DNA from: Eledone cirrhosa
Lineage: Eukaryota
Reading direction: 5' to 3'
Length of the DNA stretch: 64,000 nucleotides
NCBI GenBank assembly: GCA_964016885.1
Contig: OZ024745.1
Location: 8,246,001-8,310,000 of the forward strand
The notes under the pieces are model-generated. The model saw only the letters and a list, made by a program, of their open reading frames with translations, did no database searches and was not told the DNA's origin. Each line of letters opens with the position of its first letter. The stretch's first letter is position 1. Made by a program: the position numbers and the translations under genes. Shown piece by piece: positions 50,501 to 64,000 of this stretch.

Positions 50501-53500
50501 ATATGTCAAGAGTTTCTGACAGTAATGTCTACCATATAGGTGGTGCCAGGTGTACAATAACATGTGAATGGGATGTGTCAAGAGTTTCTGACAGTAATGT
50601 CTACCATATAGGTGGTGTCAGGTGTACAAAAACATGTGGAGGGGATATGTCAAGAGTTTCTGACAGTAATATCTACCATATAGGTGGTGCCAGATGTACA
50701 ATAACATGTGGAGGAGGTGTGTCAAGAGTTTCTGACAGTAATGTCTACCATATAGGTGGTGCCAGATGTACAATAACATGTGGAGGAGGTGTGTCAAGAG
50801 TTTCTGACAGTAATGTCTACCATATAGGTGGTGCCAGATGTACAATAACATGTGGAGGGAGTGTGTCAAGAGTTTCTGACAGTAATGTCTACCATATAGG
50901 TGGTGCCAGGTGTACAAAAACATGTGGAGGGGATATGTCAAGAGTTTCTGACAGTAATGTCTACCATATAGGTGGTGCCAGATGTACAATAACATGTGGA
51001 TGGGATGTGTCAAGAGTTTCTGACAGTAATATCTACCATATAGGTGGTGCCAGGTGTACAATAACATGTGGAGGGGATATGTCAAGAGTTTCTGACAGTA
51101 AAGTCTACCATATAGGTGGTGCCAGATGTACAATAACATGTGGATGGGATGTGTCAAGGGTTTCTGACAGTAATGTCTACCATATAGGTGGTGCCAGGTG
51201 TACAATAACATGTGGAGGTGTGTCAAGAGTTTCTGACAGTAATGTCTACCATACAGGTGGTGCCAGGTGTACAATAACATGTGGATGGGATGTGTCAAGA
51301 GTTTCTGACAGTAATATCTACCATATAGGTGGTGCCAGATGTACAATAACATGTGGATGGGATATGTCAAGAGTTTCTGACAGTAATATCTACCATATAG
51401 GTGGTGTCAGGTGTACAAAAACATGTGGAGGGGATATGTCAAGAGTTTCTGACAGTAATATCTACCATATAGGTGGTGCCAGATGTACAATAACATGTGG
51501 AGGAGGTGTGTCAAGAGTTTCTGACAGTAATGTCTACCATATAGGTGGTGCCAGATGTAAAATAACATGTGGAGGAGGTGTGTCAAGAGTTTCTGACAGT
51601 AATGTCTACCATATAGGTGGTGCCAGATGTACTATAACATGTGGAGGAGGTGTGTCAAGAGTTTCTGACAGTAATGTCTACCATATAGGTGGTGCCAGAT
51701 GTACAATAACATGTGGATGGGATATGTCAAGAGTTTCTGACAGTAATGTCTACCATATAGGTGGTGCCAGGTGTACAAAAACATGTGGAGGGGATATGTC
51801 AAGAGTTTCTGACAGTAATGTCTACCATATAGGTGGTGCCAGATGTACAATAACATGTGGATGGGATGTGTCAAGAGTTTCTGACAGTAATATCTACCAT
51901 ATAGGTGGTGCCAGGTGTACAATAACATGTGGAGGGGATATGTCAAGAGTTTCTGACAGTAACGTCTACCATATAGGTGGTGCCAGGTGTACAATAACAT
52001 GTGGAGGGGATATGTCAAGAGTTTCTGACAGTAATGTCTACCATATAGGTGGTGCCAGATGTACAATAACATGTGGATGGGATGTGTCAAGAGTTTCTGA
52101 CAGTAATGTCTACCATATAGGTGGTGCCAGATGTACAATAACATGTGGATGGGATGTGTCAAGAGTTTCTGACAGTAATATCTACCATATAGGTGGTGCC
52201 AGGTGTACAATAACATGTGGAGGTGTGTCAAGAGTTTCTGACAGTAATGTCTACCATATAGGTGGTGCCAGGTGTGCAATAACATGTGGATTGGATGTGT
52301 CAAGAGTTTCTGACAGTAATATCTACCATATAGGTGGTGCCAGATGTACAATAACATGTGGAGGACGTGTGTCAAGAGTTTCTGACAGTAATGTCTACCA
52401 TATAGGTGGTGCCAGATGTACAATAACATGTGGAGGAGGGGTGTCAAGAGTTTCTGACAGTAATATCTACCATATAGGTGGTGCCAGATGTACAATAACA
52501 TGTGGAGAAGGTGTGTCAAGAGTTTCTGACAGTAATGTCTACCATATAGGTGGTACCAGATGTACAATAACATGTGGAGGAGGTGTGTCAAGAGTTTCTG
52601 ACAGTAATGTCTACCATATAGGTGGTGCCAGATGTACAATAACATGTGGAGGAGGTGTGTCAAGAGTTTCTGACAGTAATATCTACCATATAGGTGGTGC
52701 CAGGTGTACAATAACATGTGGAGGAGGTGTGTCAAGAGTTTCTGACAGTAATATCTACCATATAGGTGGTGCCAGGTGTACAATAACATGTGGAGGAGGT
52801 GTGTCAAGAGTTTCTGACAGTAATATCTACCATATAGGTGGTGCCAGGTGTACAATAACATGTGGAGGAGGTGTGTCAAGAGTTTCTGACAGTAATATCT
52901 ACCATATAGGTGGTGCCAGGTGTACAATAACATGTGGAGGAGGTGTGTCAAGAGTTTCTGACAGTAATATCTACCATATAGGTGGTGCCAGGTGTACAAT
53001 AACATGTGGAGGAGGTGTGTCAAGAGTTTCTGACAGTAATATCTACCATATAGGTGGTGCCAGGTGTACAATAACATGTGGAGGTGTGTCAAGAGTTTCT
53101 GACAGTAATGTCTACCATATAGGTGGTGCCAGGTGTACAATAACATGTGGAGGTGTGTCAAGAGTTTCTGACAGTAATGTCTACCATATAGGTGGTGCCA
53201 GGTGTACAATACCATGTGGAGGGGATATGTCAAGAGTTTCAGACAGTAATGTCTACCATATAGGTGGTGCCAGGTGTACAATAACATGTGGAGGGGATAT
53301 GTCAAGAGTTTCTGACAGTAATGTCTACCATATAGGTGGTGCCAGATGTACAATAACATGTGGATGGGATGTGTCAAGAGTTTCTGACAGTAATGTCTAC
53401 CATATAGGTGGTGCCAGATGTACAATAACATGTGGATGGGATGTGTCAAGAGTTTCTGACAGTAATATCTACCATATAGGTGGTGCCAGGTGTACAATAA

Positions 53501-56500
53501 CATGTGGAGGTGTGTCAAGAGTTTCTGACAGTAATGTCTACCATATAGGTGGTGCCAGGTGTGCAATAACATGTGGATTGGATGTGTCAAGAGTTTCTGA
53601 CAGTAATATCTACCATATAGGTGGTGCCAGATGTACAATAACATGTGGAGGACGTGTGTCAAGAGTTTCTGACAGTAATGTCTACCATATAGGTGGTGCC
53701 AGATGTACAATAACATGTGGAGGAGGGGTGTCAAGAGTTTCTGACAGTAATATCTACCATATAGGTGGTGCCAGATGTACAATAACATGTGGAGAAGGTG
53801 TGTCAAGAGTTTCTGACAGTAATGTCTACCATATAGGTGGTACCAGATGTACAATAACATGTGGAGGAGGTGTGTCAAGAGTTTCTGACAGTAATGTCTA
53901 CCATATAGGTGGTGCCAGATGTACAATAACATGTGGAGGAGGTGTGTCAAGAGTTTCTGACAGTAATATCTACCATATAGGTGGTGCCAGGTGTACAATA
54001 ACATGTGGAGGAGGTGTGTCAAGAGTTTCTGACAGTAATATCTACCATATAGGTGGTGCCAGGTGTACAATAACATGTGGAGGAGGTGTGTCAAGAGTTT
54101 CTGACAGTAATATCTACCATATAGGTGGTGCCAGGTGTACAATAACATGTGGAGGAGGTGTGTCAAGAGTTTCTGACAGTAATATCTACCATATAGGTGG
54201 TGCCAGGTGTACAATAACATGTGGAGGAGGTGTGTCAAGAGTTTCTGACAGTAATATCTACCATATAGGTGGTGCCAGGTGTACAATAACATGTGGAGGT
54301 GTGTCAAGAGTTTCTGACAGTAATGTCTACCATATAGGTGGTGCCAGGTGTACAATAACATGTGGAGGTGTGTCAAGAGTTTCTGACAGTAATGTCTACC
54401 ATATAGGTGGTGCCAGGTGTACAATACCATGTGGAGGGGATATGTCAAGAGTTTCTGACAGTAATGTCTACCATATAGGTGGTGCCAGGTGTACAATAAC
54501 ATGTGGAGGGGATATGTCAAGAGTTTCTGACAGTAATATCTACCATATAGGTGGTGCCAGATGTACAATAACATGTGGAGGTGTGTCAAGAGTTTCTGAC
54601 AGTAATGTCTACCATATAGGTGGTGCCAGATGTACAATAACATGTGGATGGGATGTGTCAAGAGTTTCTGACAGTAATATCTACCATATAGGTGGTGCCA
54701 GGTGTACAATAACATGTGGAGGTGTGTCAAGAGTTTCTGACAGTAATGTCTACCATATAGGTGGTGCCAGGTGTACAATAACATGTGGAGGGGATATGTC
54801 AAGAGTTTCTGACAGTAATGTCTACCATATAGGTGGTGCCAGGTGTACAATAACATGTGAATGGGATGTGTCAAGAGTTTCTGACAGTAATGTCTACCAT
54901 ATAGGTGGTGTCAGGTGTACAAAAACATGTGGAGGGGATATGTCAAGAGTTTCTGACAGTAATATCTACCATATAGGTGGTGCCAGATGTACAATAACAT
55001 GTGGAGGAGGTGTGTCAAGAGTTTCTGACAGTAATGTCTACCATATAGGTGGTGCCAGATGTACAATAACATGTGGAGGAGGTGTGTCAAGAGTTTCTGA
55101 CAGTAATGTCTACCATATAGGTGGTGCCAGATGTACAATAACATGTGGAGGGAGTGTGTCAAGAGTTTCTGACAGTAATGTCTACCATATAGGTGGTGCC
55201 AGGTGTACAAAAACATGTGGAGGGGATATGTCAAGAGTTTCTGACAGTAATGTCTACCATATAGGTGGTGCCAGATGTACAATAACATGTGGATGGGATG
55301 TGTCAAGAGTTTCTGACAGTAATATCTACCATATAGGTGGTGCCAGGTGTACAATAACATGTGGAGGGGATATGTCAAGAGTTTCTGACAGTAAAGTCTA
55401 CCATATAGGTGGTGCCAGATGTACAATAACATGTGGATGGGATGTGTCAAGGGTTTCTGACAGTAATGTCTACCATATAGGTGGTGCCAGGTGTACAATA
55501 ACATGTGGAGGTGTGTCAAGAGTTTCTGACAGTAATGTCTACCATACAGGTGGTGCCAGGTGTACAATAACATGTGGATGGGATGTGTCAAGAGTTTCTG
55601 ACAGTAATATCTACCATATAGGTGGTGCCAGATGTACAATAACATGTGGATGGGATATGTCAAGAGTTTCTGACAGTAATATCTACCATATAGGTGGTGT
55701 CAGGTGTACAAAAACATGTGGAGGGGATATGTCAAGAGTTTCTGACAGTAATATCTACCATATAGGTGGTGCCAGATGTACAATAACATGTGGAGGAGGT
55801 GTGTCAAGAGTTTCTGACAGTAATGTCTACCATATAGGTGGTGCCAGATGTAAAATAACATGTGGAGGAGGTGTGTCAAGAGTTTCTGACAGTAATGTCT
55901 ACCATATAGGTGGTGCCAGATGTACTATAACATGTGGAGGAGGTGTGTCAAGAGTTTCTGACAGTAATGTCTACCATATAGGTGGTGCCAGATGTACAAT
56001 AACATGTGGATGGGATATGTCAAGAGTTTCTGACAGTAATGTCTACCATATAGGTGGTGCCAGGTGTACAAAAACATGTGGAGGGGATATGTCAAGAGTT
56101 TCTGACAGTAATGTCTACCATATAGGTGGTGCCAGATGTACAATAACATGTGGATGGGATGTGTCAAGAGTTTCTGACAGTAATATCTACCATATAGGTG
56201 GTGCCAGGTGTACAATAACATGTGGAGGGGATATGTCAAGAGTTTCTGACAGTAACGTCTACCATATAGGTGGTGCCAGGTGTACAATAACATGTGGAGG
56301 GGATATGTCAAGAGTTTCTGACAGTAATGTCTACCATATAGGTGGTGCCAGATGTACAATAACATGTGGATGGGATGTGTCAAGAGTTTCTGACAGTAAT
56401 ATCTACCATATAGGTGGTGCCAGGTGTACAATAACATGTGGAGGTGTGTCAAGAGTTTCTGACAGTAATGTCTACCATATAGGTGGTGCCAGATGTACAA

Positions 56501-59500
56501 TAACATGTGGATGGGATATGTCAAGAGTTTCTGACAGTAATGTCTACCATATAGGTGGTGCCAGGTGTACAATAACATGTGGAGGGGATATGTAAAGAGT
56601 TTCTGACAGTAATGTCTACCATATAGGTGGTGCCAGATGTACAATAACATGTGGATGGGATGTGTCAAGAGTTTCTGACAGTAATATCTACCATATAGGT
56701 GGTGCCAGGTGTACAATAACATGTGGAGGTGTGTCAAGAGATTCTGACAGTAATATCTACCATATAGGTGGTGCCAGGTGTACAATAACATGTGGAGGTG
56801 TGTCAAGAGTTTCTGACAGTAATATCTACCATATAGGTGGTGCCAGGTGTACAATAACATGAGGAGGGGATATGTCAAGAGTTTCAGACAGTAATGTCTA
56901 CCATATAGGTGGTGCCAGGTGTACAATAACATGTGGAGGGGATATGTCAAGAGTTTCTGACAGTAATGTCTACCATATAGGTGGTGCCAGATGTACAATA
57001 ACATGTGGATGGGATGTGTCAAGAGTTTCTGACAGTAATGTCTACCATATAGGTGGTGCCAGATGTACAATAACATGTGGATGGGATGTGTCAAGAGTTT
57101 CTGACAGTAATATCTACCATATAGGTGGTGCCAGGTGTACAATAACATGTGGAGGTGTGTCAAGAGTTTCTGACAGTAATGTCTACCATATAGGTGGTGC
57201 CAGGTGTACAATAACATGTGGATTGGATGTGTCAAGAGTTTCTGACAGTAATATCTACCATATAGGTGGTGCCAGATGTACAATAACATGTGGAGGACGT
57301 GTGTCAAGAGTTTCTGACAGTAATGTCTACCATATAGGTGGTGCCAGATGTACAATAACATGTGGATGGGATGTGTCAAGAGTTTCTGACAGTAATATCT
57401 ACCATATAGGTGGTGCCAGGTGTACAATAACATGTGGAGGTGTGTCAAGAGTTTCTGACAGTAATGTCTACCATATAGGTGGTGCCAGGTGTACAATAAC
57501 ATGTGGATGGGATGTGTCAAGAGTTTCTGACAGTAATATCTACCATATAGGTGGTGCCAGGTGTACAATAACATGTGGAGGTGTGTCAAGAGTTTCTGAC
57601 AGTAATGTCTACCATATAGGTGGTGCCAGGTGTACGATAACATGTGGATGGGATGTGTCAAGAGTTTCTGACAGTAATATCTACCATATAGGTGGTGCCA
57701 GATGTACAATAACATGTGGAGGAGGTGTGTCAAGAGTTTCTGACAGTAATGTCTACCATATAGGTGGTGCCAGATGTACAATAACATGTGGAGGAGGTGT
57801 GTCAAGACTTTCTGACAGTAATGTCTACCATATAGGTGGTGCCAGATGTACAATAACATGTGGAGGGGATATGTCAAGAGTTTCTGACAGTAATGTCTAC
57901 CATATAGGTGGTGCCAGATGTACAATAACATGTGGAGGAGGTGTGTCAAGAGTTTCTGACAGTAATGTCTACCATATAGGTGGTGCCAGATGTACAATAA
58001 CATGTGGAGGAGGTGTGTCAAGAGTTTCTGACAGTAATATCTACCATATAGGTGGTGCCAGGTGTACAATAACATGTGGAGGAGGTGTGTCAAGAGTTTC
58101 TGACAGTAATATCTACCATATAGGTGGTGCCAGGTGTACAATAACATGTGGAGAAGGTGTGTCAAGAGTTTCTGACAGTAATATCTACCATATAGGTGGT
58201 GCCAGGTGTACAATAACATGTGGAGGAGGTGTGTCAAGAGTTTCTGACAGTAATATCTACCATATAGGTGGTGCCAGGTGTACAATAACATGTGGAGGAG
58301 GTGTGTCAAAAGTTTCTGACAGTAATATCTACCATATAGGTGGTGCCAGGTGTACAATAACATGTGGAGGTGTGTCAAGAGTTTCTGACAGTAATGTCTA
58401 CCATATATGTGGTGCCAGGTGTACAATAACATGTGGAGGTGTGTCAAGAGTTTCTGACAGTAATGTCTACCATATAGGTGGTGCCAGGTGTACAATACCA
58501 TGTGGAGGGGATATGTCAAGAGTATCTGACAGTAATGTCTACCATATAGGTGGTGCCAGGTGTACAATAACATGTGGAGGGGATATGTCAAGAGTTTCTG
58601 ACAGTAATATCTACCATATAGGTGGTGCCAGATGTACAATAACATGTGGAGGTGTGTCAAGAGTTTCTGACAGTAATGTCTACCATATAGGTGGTGCCAG
58701 ATGTACAATAACATGTGGATGGGATGTGTCAAGAGTTTCTGACAGTAATATCTACCATATAGGTGGTGCCAGGTGTACAATAACATGTGGAGGTGTGTCA
58801 AGAGTTTCTGACAGTAATGTCTACCATATAGGTGGTGCCAGGTGTACAATAACATGTGGAGGGGATATGTCAAGAGTTTCTGACAGTAATGTCTACCATA
58901 TAGGTGGTGCCAGATGTACAATAACATGTGAATGGGATGTGTCAAGAGTTTCTGACAGTAATGTCTACCATATAGGTGGTGTCAGGTGTACAAAAACATG
59001 TGGAGGGGATATGTCAAGAGTTTCTGACAGTAATATCTACCATATAGGTGGTGCCAGATGTACAATAACATGTGGAGGAGGTGTGTCAAGAGTTTCTGAC
59101 AGTAATGTCTACCATATAGGTGGTGCCAGATGTACAATAACATGTGGAGGAGGTGTGTCAAGAGTTTCTGACAGTAATGTCTACCATATAGGTGGTGCCA
59201 GATGTACAATAACATGTGGAGGAAGTGTGTCAAGAGTTTCTGACAGTAATGTCTACCATATAGGTGGTGCCAGATGTACAATAACATGTGGATGGGAATT
59301 GTCAAGTGTTTCTGACAGTAATGTCTACCATATAGGTGGTGCCAGGTGTACAAAAACATGTGGAGGGGATATGTCAAGAGTTTCTGACAGTAATGTCTAC
59401 CATATAGGTGGTGCCAGATGTACAATAACATGTGGATGGGATGTGGCAAGAGTTTCTGACAGTAATATCTACCATATAGGTGGTGCCAGGTGTACAATAA

Positions 59501-62500
59501 CATGTGGAGGGGATATGTCAAGAGTTTCTGACAGTAACGTCTACCATATAGGTGGTGCCAGGTGTACAATAACATGTGGAGGGGATATGTCAAGAGTTTC
59601 TGACAGTAATGTCTACCATATAGGTGGTGCCAGATGTACAATAACATGTGGATGGGATGTGTCAAGGGTTTCTGACAGTAATGTCTACCATATAGGTGGT
59701 GCCAGGTGTACAATAACATGTGGAGGTGTGTCAAGAGTTTCTGACAGTAATGTCTACCATACAGGTGGTGCCAGGTGTACAATAACATGTGGAGGGGATG
59801 TGTCAAGAGTTTCTGACAGTAATATCTACCATATAGGTGGTGCCAGATGTACAATAACATGTGGATGGGATATGTCAAGAGTTTCTGACAGTAATGTCTA
59901 CCATATAGGTGGTGTCAGGTGTACAAAAACATGTGGAGGGGATATGTCAAGAGTTTCTGACAGTAATATCTACCATATAGGTGGTGCCAGATGTACAATA
60001 ACATGTGGAGGAGGTGTGTCAAGAGTTTCTGACAGTAATGTCTACCATATAGGTGGTGCCAGATGTAAAATAACATGTGGAGGAGGCGTGTCAAGAGTTT
60101 CTGACAGTAATGTCTACCATATAGGTGGTGCCAGATGTACTATAACATGTGGAGGAGGTGTGTCAAGAGTTTCTGACAGTAATGTCTACCATATAGGTGG
60201 TGCCAGATGTACAATAACATGTGGATGGGATATGTCAAGAGTTTCTGACAGTAATGTCTACCATATAGGTGGTGCCAGGTGTACAAAAACATGTGGAGGA
60301 GATATGTCAAGAGTTTCTGACAGTAATGTCTACCATATAGGTGGTGCCAGATGTACAATAACATGTGGATGGGATGTGTCAAGAGTTTCTGACAGTAATA
60401 TCTACCATATAGGTGGTGCCAGGTGTACAATAACATGTGGAGGTGTGTCAAGAGTTTCTGACAGTAATATCTACCATATAGGTGGTGCCAGGTGTACAAT
60501 AACATGTGGAGGTGTGTCAAGAGTTTCTGACAGTAATATCTACCATATAGGTGGTGCCAGGTGTACAATAACATGAGGAGGGGATATGTCAAGAGTTTCA
60601 GACAGTAATGTCTACCATATAGGTGGTGCCAGGTGTACAATAACATGTGGAGGGGATATGTCAAGAGTTTCTGACAGTAATGTCTACCATATAGGTGGTG
60701 CCAGATGTACAATAACATGTGGATGGGATGTGTCAAGAGTTTCTGACAGTAATGTCTACCATATAGGTGGTGCCAGATGTACAATAACATGTGGATGGGA
60801 TGTGTCAAGAGTTTCTGACAGTAATATCTACCATATAGGTGGTGCCAGGTGTACAATAACATGTGGAGGTGTGTCAAGAGTTTCGGACAGTAATGTCTAC
60901 CATATAGGTGGTGCCAGATGTACAATAACATGTGGATGGGATATGTCAAGAGTTTATGACAGTAATGTCTACCATATAGGTGGTGCCAGGTGTACAATAA
61001 CATGTGGAGGGGATATGTCAAGAGTTTCTGACAGTAATATCTACCATATAGGTGGTGCCAGATGTACAATAACATGTGGATGGGATGTGTCAAGAGTTTC
61101 TGACAGTAATGTCTACCATATAGGTGGTGCCAGATGTACAATAACATGTGGAGGGGATATGTCAAGAGTTTCTGACAGTAATGTCTACCATATAGGTGGT
61201 GCCAGATGTACAATAACATGTGGATGGGATGTGTCAAGAGTTTCTGACAGTAATATCTACCATATAGGTGGTGCCAGGTGTACAATAACATGTGGAGGTG
61301 TGTCAAGAGTTTCTGACAGTAATGTCTACCATATAGGTGGTGCCAGGTGTACAATAACATGTGGATGGGATGTGTCAAGAGTTTCTGACAGTAATATCTA
61401 CCATATAGGTGGTGCCAGGTGTACAATAACATGTGGAGGTGTGTCAAGAGTTTCTGACAGTAATGTCTACCATATAGGTGGTGCCAGGTGTACGATAACA
61501 TGTGGATGGGATGTGTCAAGAGTTTCTGACAGTAATATCTACCATATAGGTGGTGCCAGATGTACAATAACATGTGGAGGAGGTGTGTCAAGAGTTTCTG
61601 ACAGTAATGTCTACCATATAGGTGGTGCCAGATGTACAATAACATGTGGAGGAGGTGTGTCAAGACTTTCTGACAGTAATGTCTACCATATAGGTGGTGC
61701 CAGATGTACAATAACATGTGGAGGGGATGTGTCAAGAGTTTCTGACAGTAATGTCTACCATATAGGTGGTGCCAGATGTACAATAACATGTGGAGGAGGT
61801 GTGTCAAGAGTTTCTGACAGTAATGTCTACCATATAGGTGGTGCCAGATGTACAATAACATGTGGAGGAGGTGTGTCAAGAGTTTCTGACAGTAATGTCT
61901 ACCATATAGGTGGTGCCAGATGTACAATAACATGTGGATGGGATGTGTCAAGAGATTCTGAGAGTAATGTCTACCATATAGGTGGTGCCAGATGTACAAT
62001 AACATGTGGATGGGATATGTCAAGAGTTTCTGACAGTAATGTCTACCATATAGGTGGTGCCAGGTGTACAATAACATGTGGAGGGGATATGTAAAGAGTT
62101 TCTGACAGTAATGTCTACCATATAGGTGGTGCCAGATGTACAATAACATGTGGATGGGATGTGTCAAGAGTTTCTGACAGTAATATCTACCATATAGGTG
62201 GTGCCAGGTGTACAATAACATGTGGAGGTGTGTCAAGAGTTTCTGACAGTAATATCTACCATATAGGTGGTGCAAGGTGTACAATAACATGTGGAGGTGT
62301 GTCAAGAGTTTCTGACAGTAATATCTACCATATAGGTGGTGCCAGGTGTACAATAACATGAGGAGGGGATATGTCAAGAGTTTCAGACAGTAATGTCTAC
62401 CATATAGGTGGTGCCAGGTGTACAATAACATGTCTAGGGGATATGTCAAGAGTTTCTGACAGTAATGTCTACCATATAGGTGGTGCCAGATGTACAATAA

Positions 62501-64000
62501 CATGTGGATGGGATGTATCAAGAGTTTCTGACAGTAATGTCTACCATATAGGTGGTGCCAGATGTACAATAACATGTGGATGGGATGTGTCAAGAGTTTC
62601 TGACAGTAATATCTACCATATAGGTGGTGCCAGGTGTACAATAACATGTGGAGGTGTGTCAAGAGTTTCTGACAGTAATGTCTACCATATAGGTGGTGCC
62701 AGGTGTACAATAACATGTGGATGGGATGTGTCAAGAGTTTCTGACAGTAATATCTACCATATAGGTGGTGCCAGATGTACAATAACATGTGGAGGACGTG
62801 TGTCAAGAGTTTCTGACAGTAATGTCTACCATATAGGTGGTGCCAGATGTACAATAACATGTGGAGGAGGGGTGTCAAGAGTTTCTGACAGTAATATCTA
62901 CCATATAGGTGGTGCCAGATGTACAATAATATGTGGAGAAGGTGTGTCAAGAGTTTCTGACAGTAATGTCTACCATATAGGTGGTGCCAGATGTACAATA
63001 ACATGTGGAGGAGGTGTGTCAAGAGTTTCTGACAGTAATGTCTACCATATAGGTGGTGCCAGATGTACAATAACATGTGGAGGAGGTGTGTCAAGAGTTT
63101 CTGACAGTAATATCTACCATATAGGTGGTGCCAGGTGTACAATAACATGTGGAGGAGGTGTGTCAAGAGTTTCTGACAGTAATATCTACCATATAGGTGG
63201 TGCCAGGTGTACAATAACATGTGGAGGAGGTGTGTCAAGAGTTTCTGACAGTAATATCTACCATATAGGTGGTGCCAGGTGTACAATAACATGTGGAGGA
63301 GGTGTGTCAAGAGTTTCTGACAGTAATATCTACCATATAGGTGGTGCCAGGTGTACAATAACATGTGGAGGAGGTGTGTCAAGAGTTTCTGACAGTAATA
63401 TCTACCATATAGGTGGTGCCTGGTGTACAATAACATGTGGAGGTGTGTCAAGAGTTTCTGACAGTAATTTCTACCATATAGGTGGTGCCAGGTGTACAAT
63501 AACATGTGGAGGTGTGTCAAGAGTTTCTGACAGTAATGTCTACCATATAGGTGGTGCCAGGTGTACAATACCATGTGGAGGGGATATGTCAAGAGTTTCT
63601 GACAGTAATGTCTACCATATAGGTGGTGCCAGGTGTACAATAACATGTGGAGGGGATATGTCAAGAGTTTCTGACAGTAATATCTACCATATAGGTGGTG
63701 CCAGATGTACAATAACATGTGGAGGTGTGTCAAGAGTTTCTGACAGTAATGTCTACCATGTAGGTGGTGCCAGATGTACAATAACATGTGGATGGGATGT
63801 GTCAAGAGTTTCTGACAGTAATATCTACCATATAGGTGGTGCCAGGTGTACAATAACATGTGGAGGTGTGTCAAGAGTTTCTGACAGTAATGTCTACCAT
63901 ATAGGTGGTGCCAGGTGTACAATAACATGTGGAGGGGATATGTCAAGAGTTTCTGACAGTAATGTCTACCATATAGGTGGTGCCAGATGTACAATAACAT
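44562..64000. repeat. 69/72-bp tandem satellite array (~270 monomers, open at the right window edge); consensus GTGTCAAGAGTTTCTGACAGTAATRTCTACCATATAGGTGGTGCCAGRTGTACAATAACATGTGGA(GGA)GGT
   Basis: Uninterrupted tandem repetition. The variable junction takes the forms GGAGGT, GGAGGAGGT, GGATGGGAT and GGAGGGGAT, with R polymorphisms at two sites. Confidence 0.99.

Noticed and set aside
44562-64000. 72-nt monomer with three small hairpins (TGTCA/TGACA, CTACC/GGTGG, ATGT/ACAT) as a tRNA-like or ribozyme unit
   Set aside because: No A/B boxes, no acceptor stem, and no CUGANGA/GAAA core on either strand.

Overview
Animal nuclear DNA with no credible protein-coding gene. The SINE family resembles, from my recollection rather than a search, the abundant octopus tRNA-derived SINEs, so the host is probably a cephalopod. 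The window has three zones. (1) 1-~35570 is a 39-bp satellite (~910 monomers) with kb-scale higher-order duplications. (2) ~35570-44560 is a microsatellite-rich island holding tRNA-derived SINEs, a decayed Penelope-like RT fragment, six hammerhead-ribozyme (HHR) motifs of three families, and a chain of (TA)n-anchored fold-back palindromes. (3) 44562-64000 is a 69/72-bp satellite (~270 monomers) that starts ~120 bp inside a hAT-type terminal inverted repeat. The main find is 41621-43034: a 468-bp unit carrying an intact type I HHR with a palindromic stem III. It occurs as circularly permuted tandem copies joined head-to-head, with both sense 3' ends ending in (TA)n. This fits a retrozyme or non-autonomous Penelope-like element copied from a circular RNA and inserted by priming from both sides of a broken (TA)n tract. 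The long ORFs in the track are best explained as by-products of repeat units whose lengths are multiples of 3.
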